Assembly: GCA_902613615.1 (NCBI GenBank)
Contig: CACMHQ010000001.1
Span: forward strand, 204,567 to 268,566
Source of the DNA: an uncultured Candidatus Actinomarina sp.
Lineage (GTDB): Bacteria > Actinomycetota > Acidimicrobiia > Actinomarinales > Actinomarinaceae
DNA length: 64,000 nucleotides
Direction: 5' to 3'
Every line of letters begins with the position of its first letter. The first letter of the stretch is position 1. A program made the position numbers and the translations under genes. Below are positions 27,972-37,966 of the stretch, one piece after another. The notes beneath the pieces were generated by a model. The model was not told the origin of the DNA, searched no databases, and was given only the letters and a program-made list of their open reading frames with translations.

Positions 27972-28649
27972 ATGATTGCTATTACTGGTGCCGGAGAATA
28001 TTTAGACACTATTCGTCCTTACGACAAAGTGTTATTAGATAAATTAGATGAAGAACCTTATGTAATATCATTTCCCACTGCAGCAGGTCTTGAAAGTGAT
28101 GAGAGAATCCAATACTGGCTAAATTTAGCTGATGAACATTTTGAAAAATTAGGCGTACAACATAAATCTCTAAGAGCCCTTAATGTAACCGATTTCAACA
28201 AACCTGAGATTATAGCTGAGATCGAGAAAGCAAATTTTATATATTTTTCTGGTGGAAACCCGAATCATCTTTATGAGACACTTAGCAATTCTTTAGCTCT
28301 GGAAAAGATAATAGCTATTCATAATAATGGTGGTATTCTGGCTGGCTGCAGTGCAGGAGCAATGATTATGGGTGAGAAAATGAATAAGGGTAGAGGTTTT
28401 GGTTTTTTTAAAAACTCTATGGTTTTACCTCACTGGAATGAAGTATTGTACAAAGCAATACTTACCTCATCTAAACAGATTCATAAATCAAAATATAAAA
28501 TTCTTGGATTAGAAATGAATACGTATCTCGTACTCAATGGTGATAAGTTAGAGATTATAGGTGACCAAGAAGTGCATATTATGCACAAGAAAGATGAGCA
28601 ATCATTCAAGAATGGCGACATATTAGAATTATCAGTATTGGATTTTTAA
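27972..28649 (+). CDS. peptidase S51 (dipeptidase E / cyanophycinase-like) family protein
   Basis: FSGGNPNHL and the nucleophile elbow GCSAGAMIMG. Start moved to the ATG at 27972 because the listed ORF start (27906) lies inside tRNA-Cys. Confidence 0.7.
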   Translation: MIAITGAGEYLDTIRPYDKVLLDKLDEEPYVISFPTAAGLESDERIQYWLNLADEHFEKLGVQHKSLRALNVTDFNKPEIIAEIEKANFIYFSGGNPNHLYETLSNSLALEKIIAIHNNGGILAGCSAGAMIMGEKMNKGRGFGFFKNSMVLPHWNEVLYKAILTSSKQIHKSKYKILGLEMNTYLVLNGDKLEIIGDQEVHIMHKKDEQSFKNGDILELSVLDF

Positions 28650-29294
28650 ATGTGTGGACGATATTACTTATCAATTGATCTTGGCAACTTATCTTTTGTA
28701 GATAATCTCAGCAATTATAATTTTGAAGATAACTTCAATATTGCACCACAGGCCAGTGTCCCGGTTGTAATTGATAATAGTTTAGTAAATTGTACTTGGG
28801 GTTATTATCCACAGTGGTTGAAAGACCAAAGTAATTCTAAGCCATTGTTTAATACGAGATTTGAGTCATTACTGGAGAAGAAAACATTTATATCTGCATT
28901 TAAGAAGAGTAGATGCTTAGTACCAATATCTGGCTGGTATGAATGGAAAGTAATTGACGATGCAAAACAACCATTTTTCTTTAAAAATATAGATAATGAA
29001 AATATGTTTGCCGCAGGATTATATTGGCAGAGATCAGATGGAACTATAGAGTTTACGATCATAACAACTGCTGCACCGATAGAAATTAATGAAGTACATG
29101 ACCGCTCACCTTTAATTCTTGATGATGTATCTATGGGTATTTGGTTATCAGACGAAAACCCAGAAAATATTCATGAAAATATCTCACATGATTTTGGTAG
29201 CACCATTGAATACTATCAAGTGACAAGATCAGTTAATAATCCAAAGAACAATAATGCATCGCTTATTGAGGAATTCAACGAGGTTCCTTTTTAA
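28650..29294 (+). CDS. SOS-response-associated peptidase (SRAP/YedK, abasic-site DNA-protein crosslink protein)
   Basis: Invariant N-terminal MCGRY, plus NIAP, FNTR.E, P..GWYEW and HDR.P motifs. Confidence 0.85.
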   Translation: MCGRYYLSIDLGNLSFVDNLSNYNFEDNFNIAPQASVPVVIDNSLVNCTWGYYPQWLKDQSNSKPLFNTRFESLLEKKTFISAFKKSRCLVPISGWYEWKVIDDAKQPFFFKNIDNENMFAAGLYWQRSDGTIEFTIITTAAPIEINEVHDRSPLILDDVSMGIWLSDENPENIHENISHDFGSTIEYYQVTRSVNNPKNNNASLIEEFNEVPF

Positions 29295-29497
29295 TGAATA
29301 GTCAGTCACCAATTTATTCACTGAAGTTTACGATCTCTTGGATAATTGTTTATGGTGCAATAGTTTTTCTTCTTTTTCAAATTATCAATTTCTTTATTGC
29401 TCTCTATCTCGGCCTTTGGGTTTTAAATTTAATAATTGAGTTAACAGAGAGATTGTTTCTTCGATTTGGTAAAAGAATCGTTACTGTAGAGAAATAA
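29294..29497 (+). CDS. small two-helix membrane protein (hypothetical)
   Basis: ORF with two hydrophobic helices. Its start overlaps the SRAP stop (TAATG). Confidence 0.35.
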   Translation: MNSQSPIYSLKFTISWIIVYGAIVFLLFQIINFFIALYLGLWVLNLIIELTERLFLRFGKRIVTVEK

Positions 29498-29539
29498 TCA
29501 TTCTACAAATTTGATTTATACTGCTATATTTTTTTATAC

Positions 29540-29613
29540 GGGAGATTAGCTCAGTCTGGCAGAGCACTTGCTCGACACGCAAGGGGTCACAAGTTCAAAT
29601 CTTGTATCTCCCA
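29540..29613 (+). tRNA. tRNA-Val (GAC) with C instead of U at position 33
   Basis: Acceptor GGGAGAT/ATCTCCC, anticodon stem CTTGC/GCAAG, 7-nt loop TCGACAC (GAC at 29574-29576), T-loop TTCAAAT. Confidence 0.8.
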
Positions 29614-29618
29614 CAAAT

Positions 29619-30740
29619 ATGAACAAATCTTTTTTGATATTATTATCTTTGTTTATTTCATTTTGCACTGTAGGTTCAGATGAAAGCACAACAATAAATT
29701 CAGATGATTCAACATCAGAAGCTTCTGAAATTACTAACAACCAGACAGTTAATAATATTGATGGAGATATCAAGTATTTTATCGCTTCAACTGTTTCTAA
29801 TGAACATGAGGAAATGTTAAAAGAATGGGTCAAAAGAGCTGAACGGCTTTATTTTTCAAGATCTAGTGCAATTGTTGACAATCTTTATCCAATTTATATT
29901 GTTCAATTAGATCGAGATAACGCTCAATCAGCTTCCGAGCTAGAGGAAATTTTTTGTCAATTTCTAGAAGATGAACATAAGAAGCCACTTAGATGGGATG
30001 GCTATGACGCTAGTAGATGTGCTGATAATAAATGGTCTCAAGAGGAATATGAAAGAGATGGATTTTTTGTACAACCAAATGGTGATGTTGCTGGTTCAGC
30101 CATAATGAGTATTAGACAACGAGATGGATATTCATTATTTTTAAGCCGAACACATGACTTACCAGAACATGCCTCATCGATGGGTTTTGTTACCCTACAC
30201 GAGATGTTCCACATATTTCAAAATTCACACATAACTTCTACAGATGATTACGACGAACAAAGAATCATCAATGGAAGAAAATCAGGTGATAATCCAGATC
30301 ATGACGTACCTTGGTGGCATGAGGGTGTTACGGTATATTTCAGTTATATAGATTATGCTCGTGAGACAAACGATCCATCTTGGTTTAAAGATGAAATGGA
30401 ATGTACATTGTTTTGTGAATATGATATGTATGGCAATAAAAGTAGATTGCAAGTTTACAAGGAATCTGGAATAAAATTAAATAATATAAGATATGATGAA
30501 AATCCAGAACCAGTAGATTCACAAATTGGTTATGAAGTAGGTGCATGGTTCGTTGCATATCTTGTTCAAGAACACGGTGAAGAAAAAGTTCTCAACATTT
30601 ATTCTCTGCTTGATGAGTACGGATTTGAAGAAGCATTCATAATGCAATTTGGAAATGACTACAAATCATATCTTGTGGAATTTGATAAATTTTTAGATTT
30701 ACCTAAAGAGAATATTTTAAATATCTTGCAGAGTAATTAA
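29619..30740 (+). CDS. secreted lipoprotein with HExxH motif (putative Zn-metallopeptidase-like)
   Basis: Start moved to the ATG at 29619 because the listed ORF start lies inside tRNA-Val. Lipobox LFISFCTVG, a S/T/D-rich linker, and TLHEMFHIFQNSH. Confidence 0.5.
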   Translation: MNKSFLILLSLFISFCTVGSDESTTINSDDSTSEASEITNNQTVNNIDGDIKYFIASTVSNEHEEMLKEWVKRAERLYFSRSSAIVDNLYPIYIVQLDRDNAQSASELEEIFCQFLEDEHKKPLRWDGYDASRCADNKWSQEEYERDGFFVQPNGDVAGSAIMSIRQRDGYSLFLSRTHDLPEHASSMGFVTLHEMFHIFQNSHITSTDDYDEQRIINGRKSGDNPDHDVPWWHEGVTVYFSYIDYARETNDPSWFKDEMECTLFCEYDMYGNKSRLQVYKESGIKLNNIRYDENPEPVDSQIGYEVGAWFVAYLVQEHGEEKVLNIYSLLDEYGFEEAFIMQFGNDYKSYLVEFDKFLDLPKENILNILQSN

Positions 30741-32014
30741 TTATTTGTAATTTCTAGAACCTGATTACTAAGACTTTTTAAATTTTTATTTTGGTAATTC
30801 ATCAACCAAACACAGATATATAAAATACCAACTAATAAAAACAATAAAGCATAACCTCTTCCAGGCCCTGTTCCAATGATTGGTGAAAGCAATTCTATGT
30901 TGTCTGGATAAAATGAAAACTCTAAATAATCTCCTAGAGGTCCAGCAATAAGTACACCAATTGGGCGTAACATTTGGGCAATGGTTCCACGAAGTGCTAA
31001 TGCTCGACCTCTAATATTTTTGTCTGTTATAGCTAGCCATGCGCCTGAAGAAATTGTATATTGCACAGTTCCGCTTACGCCGCTAATTATTCCATATATG
31101 CAAAGAAGGAGGATACTTGGTCGAAGTGAGCCAAATATTAAACTAACACCACCTAACAGTCCACATTGTATAGCTAGCTTTAAGTTTCCCTGAAGGTGTT
31201 CTGAGTTACGTAGAGAAATAATTGAACCAATCAGAAATGCTAATCCTATGGTTGACTCAATTATTCCAAGACCTCTCGCATCTGAAAAAGTTAAAACCAT
31301 TGGTGGTAAAAGAACAGTTGTAAAACCCCACAAAAAATTGGAAATGCTCAGAATAGAGACAAGTGTTAGTAATCCTTTTTGATTTTTTAACCATACATAT
31401 GCTTCTTTTAAGTCAAAGTACACATTGTTGAAATTTAATTTATTGCTGTTTTCATTTTTTTCACTTTTGAAAAAAGAGATAGTTACAATCCCGAAAATAC
31501 ATGTAATAAGATCAACAAGAATTACTCCAGGCAGGCCGAAATACGAATAAATTAATGCTCCACCAATTGGCCCAAGCAAAACAGAAAATGCCTCAGCACT
31601 TTCGAACAATGCAGAGATTTTTGTAACATGTTGTTTTTTTACAACATCTCCAAGATAGGCACTCCAAGTTGTCCAATGAGCTATTTCAAATATCCCAAAT
31701 GCTAACGCAAATGGAATGAGCATTATGAGTGTTAATTTATCGTTTATTGCAAAGTAGCCAATAAGACACATTAAAAATGCAATTATAAGATCAAAACTTA
31801 TAATTAATTGTTTTCTTGGAAATCTATCAGCGAGAACACCTCCAAATGGTCCAGTGATAACTCCGACTATGCCTACAGTAAACAATATTGAAGATAATGC
31901 ACTTGCTTTGCCTGTTGTTTCAAATATCCAGACACCAATCGCAAAAAAAGACATTGCCGATCCTGTCCATGATAAAGTTTGACCAAACCAGAGAATATAA
32001 ATTTTTTTACTCAT
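30737..32014 (-). CDS. MFS transporter
   Basis: 12-helix profile. GGVLADRFPRKQLI loop motif. Confidence 0.75.
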   Translation of the reverse strand: MSKKIYILWFGQTLSWTGSAMSFFAIGVWIFETTGKASALSSILFTVGIVGVITGPFGGVLADRFPRKQLIISFDLIIAFLMCLIGYFAINDKLTLIMLIPFALAFGIFEIAHWTTWSAYLGDVVKKQHVTKISALFESAEAFSVLLGPIGGALIYSYFGLPGVILVDLITCIFGIVTISFFKSEKNENSNKLNFNNVYFDLKEAYVWLKNQKGLLTLVSILSISNFLWGFTTVLLPPMVLTFSDARGLGIIESTIGLAFLIGSIISLRNSEHLQGNLKLAIQCGLLGGVSLIFGSLRPSILLLCIYGIISGVSGTVQYTISSGAWLAITDKNIRGRALALRGTIAQMLRPIGVLIAGPLGDYLEFSFYPDNIELLSPIIGTGPGRGYALLFLLVGILYICVWLMNYQNKNLKSLSNQVLEITNN

Positions 32015-32034
32015 GATAAGGTCCTTAAGCCTAT

Positions 32035-32409
32035 TTAGTCAGCGTATTTCTCTGCACCCATAAAATGAATTGAGACATAATCCTCGTCTCCAACAACCCA
32101 GCTATCGTGTGGGGTATTTGACACATAAAATATATCTCCAGGACCAATTATCTTTGGCTCTTCATTTTCAAATGCAACTGTAGCATTTCCACTAATAACC
32201 ATTCCTAAGTGTTCCGTCTCGCAAAACTCTGTTCCAGAAAGAGGGGAGACATCATCTGACCATTTCCACCCTTTATGATAAGTTGCCTTACCGATAGTCA
32301 TATGTGGAAGATTTACTACTTCATATTTTCCTTTATCAAACTCTCTGACTTCATCAGGGTTTTCAAATCTTTTAATAATGTAATCATCCATCTGCTTATA
32401 ATAATTCAA
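32035..32409 (-). CDS. cupin-domain protein
   Basis: Small beta-barrel pattern (GPGDIFYV..TPHDSWVVGDE). Confidence 0.6.
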   Translation of the reverse strand: MNYYKQMDDYIIKRFENPDEVREFDKGKYEVVNLPHMTIGKATYHKGWKWSDDVSPLSGTEFCETEHLGMVISGNATVAFENEEPKIIGPGDIFYVSNTPHDSWVVGDEDYVSIHFMGAEKYAD

Positions 32410-32410
32410 T

Positions 32411-33283
32411 ATGAATAAACAGACTCAAAATATCATAAACGTTTCGTTAACTCTTATCGCAATATATCTTTATAGTTTTACTGCAAACAATATAAAAACA
32501 GAAATACTTGGATTTAATTCTTTTAAATTCCTGATAAGCATTGCAGTATTAATCCAATTTTTAATTTTTTTACCTTCTTTTATATTTAAAACAGAAAAAT
32601 TTTATGATCTTACAGGTAGTCTTACGTATATATCAGTAACAAGTTTTGCTTACTTTTCACTTGATAACCCTACGACAACTGATACGATACTTTATCTTTA
32701 TGTCATTATTTGGGCTGGAAGACTTGGAATATTCCTCTTTAGAAGAATTAATAAAGTTGGTAAAGATGTACGATTTGATAAAGCTAAAAAGAAATTCTTT
32801 TGGTTCTTGCAGTACTGGATGGGACAAGCTGCATGGGTTGTATTCACCGCAGGCGCATCTGTCTTAGCCATTTTATCACCAGTAGAAACAGAGTTAGACA
32901 TTATTGCATTTGTTGGAATATTTTTATGGTGGTCAGGGTTCTTAATTGAAGTTATCGCTGATTATCAAAAAAGAAAATTCAGAGAAACATCTGATCCAAA
33001 AACTGAGTTTATATCAAGTGGTCTCTGGGCAAGATCTCGACATCCAAACTATTTTGGGGAGATCACGCTTTGGATTGGTATGGCTGTATTATCTCTAAGT
33101 TCTTTATCTGGAATTGAGTATGTGACAGCTATTGTATCTCCAGTTTTTGTGTATTTACTCTTAAGAAAAGCAGAAGGTGTCCCTATGTTGGAGCGTATCG
33201 CTGAAGAGCGTTATGGTGATTTATCTGAATACCAACAGTACAAAGAAAACACCCCTGTATTAATGATGAAAATCTTTAAGTAA
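32411..33283 (+). CDS. DUF1295 / steroid-5-alpha-reductase-like membrane protein
   Basis: SGLWARSRHPNYFGEITLWIG motif and a polytopic membrane profile. Confidence 0.7.
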   Translation: MNKQTQNIINVSLTLIAIYLYSFTANNIKTEILGFNSFKFLISIAVLIQFLIFLPSFIFKTEKFYDLTGSLTYISVTSFAYFSLDNPTTTDTILYLYVIIWAGRLGIFLFRRINKVGKDVRFDKAKKKFFWFLQYWMGQAAWVVFTAGASVLAILSPVETELDIIAFVGIFLWWSGFLIEVIADYQKRKFRETSDPKTEFISSGLWARSRHPNYFGEITLWIGMAVLSLSSLSGIEYVTAIVSPVFVYLLLRKAEGVPMLERIAEERYGDLSEYQQYKENTPVLMMKIFK

Positions 33284-33306
33284 GTTTCTTAGTATTTAAA
33301 TAACAC

Positions 33307-35871
33307 TTAAGGTACTAATTCAGAAAATATGTAAAAATCTTTCTGATTGCTAGATCCATCTTCTTGATCAGTAGTTGAATTCCATGAAGGAGCTGTGATT
33401 GCCTGTCCAATAAACTCAACAAAACCTTTTTGATATGCGAAGTAAGCCCCTGGAACAATTCCACATGTAAATTGAGAATAATCAAAATAGTCTTCTACAT
33501 CAACACTACTGTCACCGTTGTCATATTCACCGGTTAATGCAATGAGTGCAAACATGTAATCTTTGGCTAAATCATAATCACCCCACCAGGGATTAGCCCG
33601 AAACCTTACTTTTGTAGTGTTATTCCATTTTTTGCATTCTACGTCCAAAGAATATGTATTCGAACCATCAACATTTACGTAGTAACCATCAGGACAATCT
33701 ATTGTATTAGAGGTGTTCTCGGTATAATAATCAGAATCTGAAAAACTAACATTAGTACCTGCTGTAAAACCTTTATGAGACTGCCATATAATTGATCCTC
33801 CATTAGGTACGGTGTAATTAGGACCGCTCACTGTTGCTCCGGCTGAAATAGTAGTTAAATCATTACTTGACCAAGTAGAACCGCCATTTGTAGAGTATCT
33901 GGTGACCACATATGCTGTTTCGCTTTCATTATTAGTAAAACTTAATGAGGAAATTCTTGTTCTAGAACCCTTACTACCAGCGCATGACGCCAAACTATGT
34001 GTGATGTCAATATCAGCTTGACAATCTAAGTTGAAATTTCTTGTAATAAATTCGGTATCATTCAATCCAGCTTGACTAGATGCTACTTTATACTGTCTTG
34101 AATTTGCACCATGAGTAGCAGTATAGGTACTAAAATTTCTAGTTTCACCTGGAGTTAACTGTGTGGGCGCAACCCCCATTGAGTTTTGATGCAAAATATA
34201 AATGGATTCACTTTCATTATTTGTGAAATAAGTTCCATATTGCCTAACTCCAGCGGTACTGTCATTGTAATAGCACGTTCCAGAATATGTTTCACCTGTT
34301 GTCATGTTTATGCTAGAAGGAAGAGTAGTTGTAGTAGTTGAAGTTGTTGCAGTAGGTGCTGGAGCTGGTGGTTCGGGAAGAGTTGTTGTGGTAGTTGTGG
34401 TAGTTGAAGTCGCATAAACGTCAATTATACAATATCCTAAATAGACACTTCCATCTCCTATGATCTCATTGTATTCATCAATAGGGTATGGTCCGAACTC
34501 ATTACAATCACGGTCATAGACTATATACGTAGGCTCAGGAATAGTCGTAGAGGTAGTTGTAGAAGAAGTTGTTGTAGAAGAAGTTGTTGTAGTTGAAGTT
34601 GTTGTAGTTGAAGTTGTTGTAGAAGAAGTTGTAGAAGAGGTAGTTGATGGTGGTATCGTATTGTTTGGTGTTATCGCATTCAAATCATCGGTAAAATTTA
34701 ATCTTTCCTGTTTTTCAACAACACTTTTTTTTGTGCTATTAGGATTTATAAAAGCACATGGAATATCCTTTTCCCAAGCAAAAATCTCTGTTGTCTTTTC
34801 AAATGTGCCAACTTTGTTTCGATATGTAAATTCATATTCGAAGCTTGAAATTGCATTTTTTTTGTTTTTAGCAACTTTTTGAATTCTAATTTTTAATTTA
34901 TTATTCTTACCTCCTATTGATTTAAAATTTCCTCTTTTCCAGTCTTTCCATTTATTTCCATTAAATCTAAATCTTAATTTATACTCATACTCTTTAATAT
35001 CACTGGTAAAAACTGCTTGATACTGAAATTTATTTTTACCTATGTTATTTCCTACAGTCATTGGTCTACAAAAAGAAGATTCCCTTACATTATCATCTGT
35101 TGGAATCTCATCTATTAATGATCCAAGAGTTGTTGTGGTTGTCGTTGTGGGGGCAAGAGTTGAAGTAGGTGCAGTAGGTTTTGGATTAACAGTATATATA
35201 AAACCAGCATCAAAAGCATCCTGTTCATTTCGACAAGTTAATACTGTATTTGCGTTTCCTTCTGAATCGTAAAGCGTGTAAGGTTGAAAATTTTCATCGT
35301 TACATTCTGGAATTGTTGTAGAAGTTGTTGTGCTGGTAGTCATTGTTGTGCTGGTAGATGTTGTTGAAATTGATTTATTGGATAGTGGTAAGTTAACAGA
35401 TTCAACTTCAATTATTTCATCATTCTCATCTGTTATTAGCAATAAAATATTCAGATCTTCCTCAAAACAGCACTCGACAACATTTCCAATACTTTCATCA
35501 ATTTCAATAATTAATAATTCTGATTCAGATTCAACTAATACAGCACCTTCTTCAATTGATTCATAAATTTCCCAATCTATTGTTAATTCTCCAACTTCAT
35601 CTACAGAAGCGTCTATTTCACCAGATACAACTGACTGGGGATAGATAATAAAAAATAATATTGTTATAAAAAAAATTAAAAGTAACAGTGTTAGGTATTT
35701 TTTAAAAAAGAATATAAACCTTCTTTTTCTAAAATATCTAATGATTTCTCTAATTTCTTCGTCATTTAAAGTTGATAAATGTGATTTAACTTTTATATTT
35801 AAAAATTCTGCAGCCGAAAGGATTTCTTTTGATTTTTTATTTAATTTTTTAGCTAATTCAAATACTTTCAT
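33307..35871 (-). CDS. membrane-anchored protein: cytoplasmic IF2_N-like domain, TM helix, and a large extracytoplasmic region with poly-Thr/Ser linkers and duplicated Cys-containing modules
   Basis: N-terminus MKVFELAKKLNKKSKEILSAAEFLNIKVKSHLSTLNDEE matches the IF-2 N-terminal motif. TM helix LTLLLLIFFITILFFII. Four T/S-rich tracts. The FTNNESE module occurs twice. Confidence 0.6.
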   Translation of the reverse strand: MKVFELAKKLNKKSKEILSAAEFLNIKVKSHLSTLNDEEIREIIRYFRKRRFIFFFKKYLTLLLLIFFITILFFIIYPQSVVSGEIDASVDEVGELTIDWEIYESIEEGAVLVESESELLIIEIDESIGNVVECCFEEDLNILLLITDENDEIIEVESVNLPLSNKSISTTSTSTTMTTSTTTSTTIPECNDENFQPYTLYDSEGNANTVLTCRNEQDAFDAGFIYTVNPKPTAPTSTLAPTTTTTTTLGSLIDEIPTDDNVRESSFCRPMTVGNNIGKNKFQYQAVFTSDIKEYEYKLRFRFNGNKWKDWKRGNFKSIGGKNNKLKIRIQKVAKNKKNAISSFEYEFTYRNKVGTFEKTTEIFAWEKDIPCAFINPNSTKKSVVEKQERLNFTDDLNAITPNNTIPPSTTSSTTSSTTTSTTTTSTTTTSSTTTSSTTTSTTIPEPTYIVYDRDCNEFGPYPIDEYNEIIGDGSVYLGYCIIDVYATSTTTTTTTTLPEPPAPAPTATTSTTTTTLPSSINMTTGETYSGTCYYNDSTAGVRQYGTYFTNNESESIYILHQNSMGVAPTQLTPGETRNFSTYTATHGANSRQYKVASSQAGLNDTEFITRNFNLDCQADIDITHSLASCAGSKGSRTRISSLSFTNNESETAYVVTRYSTNGGSTWSSNDLTTISAGATVSGPNYTVPNGGSIIWQSHKGFTAGTNVSFSDSDYYTENTSNTIDCPDGYYVNVDGSNTYSLDVECKKWNNTTKVRFRANPWWGDYDLAKDYMFALIALTGEYDNGDSSVDVEDYFDYSQFTCGIVPGAYFAYQKGFVEFIGQAITAPSWNSTTDQEDGSSNQKDFYIFSELVP

Positions 35872-35927
35872 TTTTTGTGCGGTTATTGGAAAATTGACAA
35901 ATTACATTCTAGTATTTCAAGTATCAT

Positions 35928-36716
35928 ATGAAAAAATCTTTAATTATTCTAATCATTCTCTTTGTAGCATGTGGAGGATCTCAAGGGAACATATCCGATA
36001 TGACATATCAAGAACCATTTATATCTGATTCAATCCAGGAAATCGGTACATCCAGATCAATGGACATGTCTTCAGGTGATTACATTATTAAAACTGCCTA
36101 TGGAACTATAGAAGTTTCATCATCCAATTTTCAAAATACAATAAATGAATTTGAGACATTAATTTTGACTTATAAAGGATCTATATCGAACACATACTTA
36201 TCGACTAATTATCAAGGATTACAAAGTTATACAGTAACAGTAAATGTACCGGCAGAACAATTTGATAAATTTATAAGTGATATAGAGGATATATCAGAAT
36301 TTAAAAATATCAGTATAAATGCAAATGATGTGGCGACATATGTGTTAAATATTGATTCTCGTCTCAACGCACTTATAAATGAAAAACAAGATCTTGAAGA
36401 GATAAAATCTAATGCATTATCTACGTCGGAAAAACTCGAGGTTCAGTCACAGTTGAGGTACATCAATCAGGAAATTGAAATTTTACAAGATCAAAAAGAG
36501 TTTTATGAAACATCTGTAAACTATTCAACACTTTCCTTAGAGATAAGGGAGGGTGCCGGAATCTCACTATTTTCCTGGAATTATTATGTTGAAAGAGCTC
36601 TGAGCTGGCTAGAGTCGCTAATTGGATATCTTGTATCTATCTCAATAGTTGGTATCCCAATCGTTATATTTATATATTCTGTAAGAAAATTTTTAATTAA
36701 GAGAAATAATATATAA
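35928..36716 (+). CDS. DUF4349-like lipoprotein (lipobox, coiled-coil, C-terminal TM helix)
   Basis: LFVACGG lipobox, a coiled-coil centre and a C-terminal hydrophobic helix, as in DUF4349 proteins. Confidence 0.5.
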   Translation: MKKSLIILIILFVACGGSQGNISDMTYQEPFISDSIQEIGTSRSMDMSSGDYIIKTAYGTIEVSSSNFQNTINEFETLILTYKGSISNTYLSTNYQGLQSYTVTVNVPAEQFDKFISDIEDISEFKNISINANDVATYVLNIDSRLNALINEKQDLEEIKSNALSTSEKLEVQSQLRYINQEIEILQDQKEFYETSVNYSTLSLEIREGAGISLFSWNYYVERALSWLESLIGYLVSISIVGIPIVIFIYSVRKFLIKRNNI

Positions 36717-36727
36717 ACATAAAAGAT

Positions 36728-37933
36728 ATGAGTCAAAATATTGTCGAGACTGAATATCAACCTACAGTACCTATCAAGGGAATGTGTCATGAAGATTTCC
36801 AAAATGTAGCTGAAATATTTGCTGTAAATTTTGATAAATATTCTGAAATAGGTTCTTCATTATGCGTTATTGCTGATGGGGAAGTTACCGTAGATTTATT
36901 TACAGGTCATACAACAAACCAGAAACACGAAGAGTGGAACGAAAACACGTTAGCTGTTGCGTTTTCATGCACAAAAGCTGCTGTTGCTTTATGTGCTCAT
37001 ATTTTAATTGATAAAGGACTTCTTAATGCACAAGATAAAGTAACAAAGTATTGGCCTGAATATGGCAAAAATGGAAAAGAAGACACAACAGTAGAGATGA
37101 TACTGAATCATTCAGCTGGATTACCTGCTTTAAAAACCAAAGTAAAAGATGGTGGCTTTTTAGATTGGGATTATGTAGTTAATTTATTGGAAAATGAAGA
37201 ACCATTTTGGAAACCAGGTGAACAAACAGGTTATCACATGATGACAACAGGATGGTTAATAGGAGAGATTATACGAAGAATTTCTGGTAAATCTCTGGGT
37301 CAATTTTTCAAAGAAGAAATTAGTGATCTACTAAATCTTGAGTATTGGATTGGACTACCTGAGAGTGAAGATCAAAGAGTTGCTAAAGTTACTCCTTTCA
37401 CATCTAGTCCATCAGATAAACCAAGTGCATTTGCCGATGCATTTAGAAATGATCTATCTTCTATGCAGAGACTATCACTTACAAATACCGGTGGCTACGA
37501 TTACAACTCTCCAGCCACTTATAGATCCGAATTAGGGGGAGTTGGAGGTATAACTAATGCACGGTCCCTAGCTAAAATGATGTCTCCATTAGCACAAAAC
37601 AATGAGAGAATTATTTCGAAAGAAGGAGTTAAGCGTTTAAGTCATTCCAATATTAGATCAGATATTGACAGTATGCTTTTACTTCCTACAAACTTTTCTG
37701 AAGGATTTATGTTAAATATGGACAATAGAGGAAATTTTGAAGGCGAAGGTGGATCTTTTTTAATTGGGAACAATGCGTTTGGTCACGTTGGCTTTGGTGG
37801 AAGTAGCGCAACTTTTGCTGACCCTGATTGTAAATTAGCTTTTGGTTACCTTGTAAACAAATTAGGTGGTGAATATTTAATTAATGAAAGAGGTCAAAGC
37901 CTAATTAATGAAGCATATAAATCAATAAGCTGA
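36728..37933 (+). CDS. serine hydrolase, class-C beta-lactamase/esterase family
   Basis: SxxK motif (FSCTKAA). LNHSAGLP also present. Confidence 0.8.
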   Translation: MSQNIVETEYQPTVPIKGMCHEDFQNVAEIFAVNFDKYSEIGSSLCVIADGEVTVDLFTGHTTNQKHEEWNENTLAVAFSCTKAAVALCAHILIDKGLLNAQDKVTKYWPEYGKNGKEDTTVEMILNHSAGLPALKTKVKDGGFLDWDYVVNLLENEEPFWKPGEQTGYHMMTTGWLIGEIIRRISGKSLGQFFKEEISDLLNLEYWIGLPESEDQRVAKVTPFTSSPSDKPSAFADAFRNDLSSMQRLSLTNTGGYDYNSPATYRSELGGVGGITNARSLAKMMSPLAQNNERIISKEGVKRLSHSNIRSDIDSMLLLPTNFSEGFMLNMDNRGNFEGEGGSFLIGNNAFGHVGFGGSSATFADPDCKLAFGYLVNKLGGEYLINERGQSLINEAYKSIS

Positions 37934-37966
37934 TTTATCTTTAATCAGACAGACCCGCTAAAACCA

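Noticed and set aside
29546-29833. Minus-strand ORF 29546..29833, and the 29568 start of the plus-strand ORF
   Set aside because: Both run through tRNA-Val (29540-29613). The plus-strand gene starts at the ATG at 29619, which is followed by a proper lipoprotein signal. The minus-strand ORF is antisense noise.
27773-30740. Genomic island or prophage integrated at the tRNA-Gly/Cys/Val cluster
   Set aside because: There is no integrase, no duplicated tRNA 3' end and no phage genes. The intervening genes (S51 peptidase, SRAP, a small membrane protein) look like ordinary chromosomal genes.
34300-34660. Short repetitive DNA (gttgta/gaagaa-type) that could be mistaken for a repeat array or CRISPR
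   Set aside because: It is the antisense of Thr/Ser codon runs inside the 854-aa CDS. There is no repeat-spacer periodicity and there are no cas genes.
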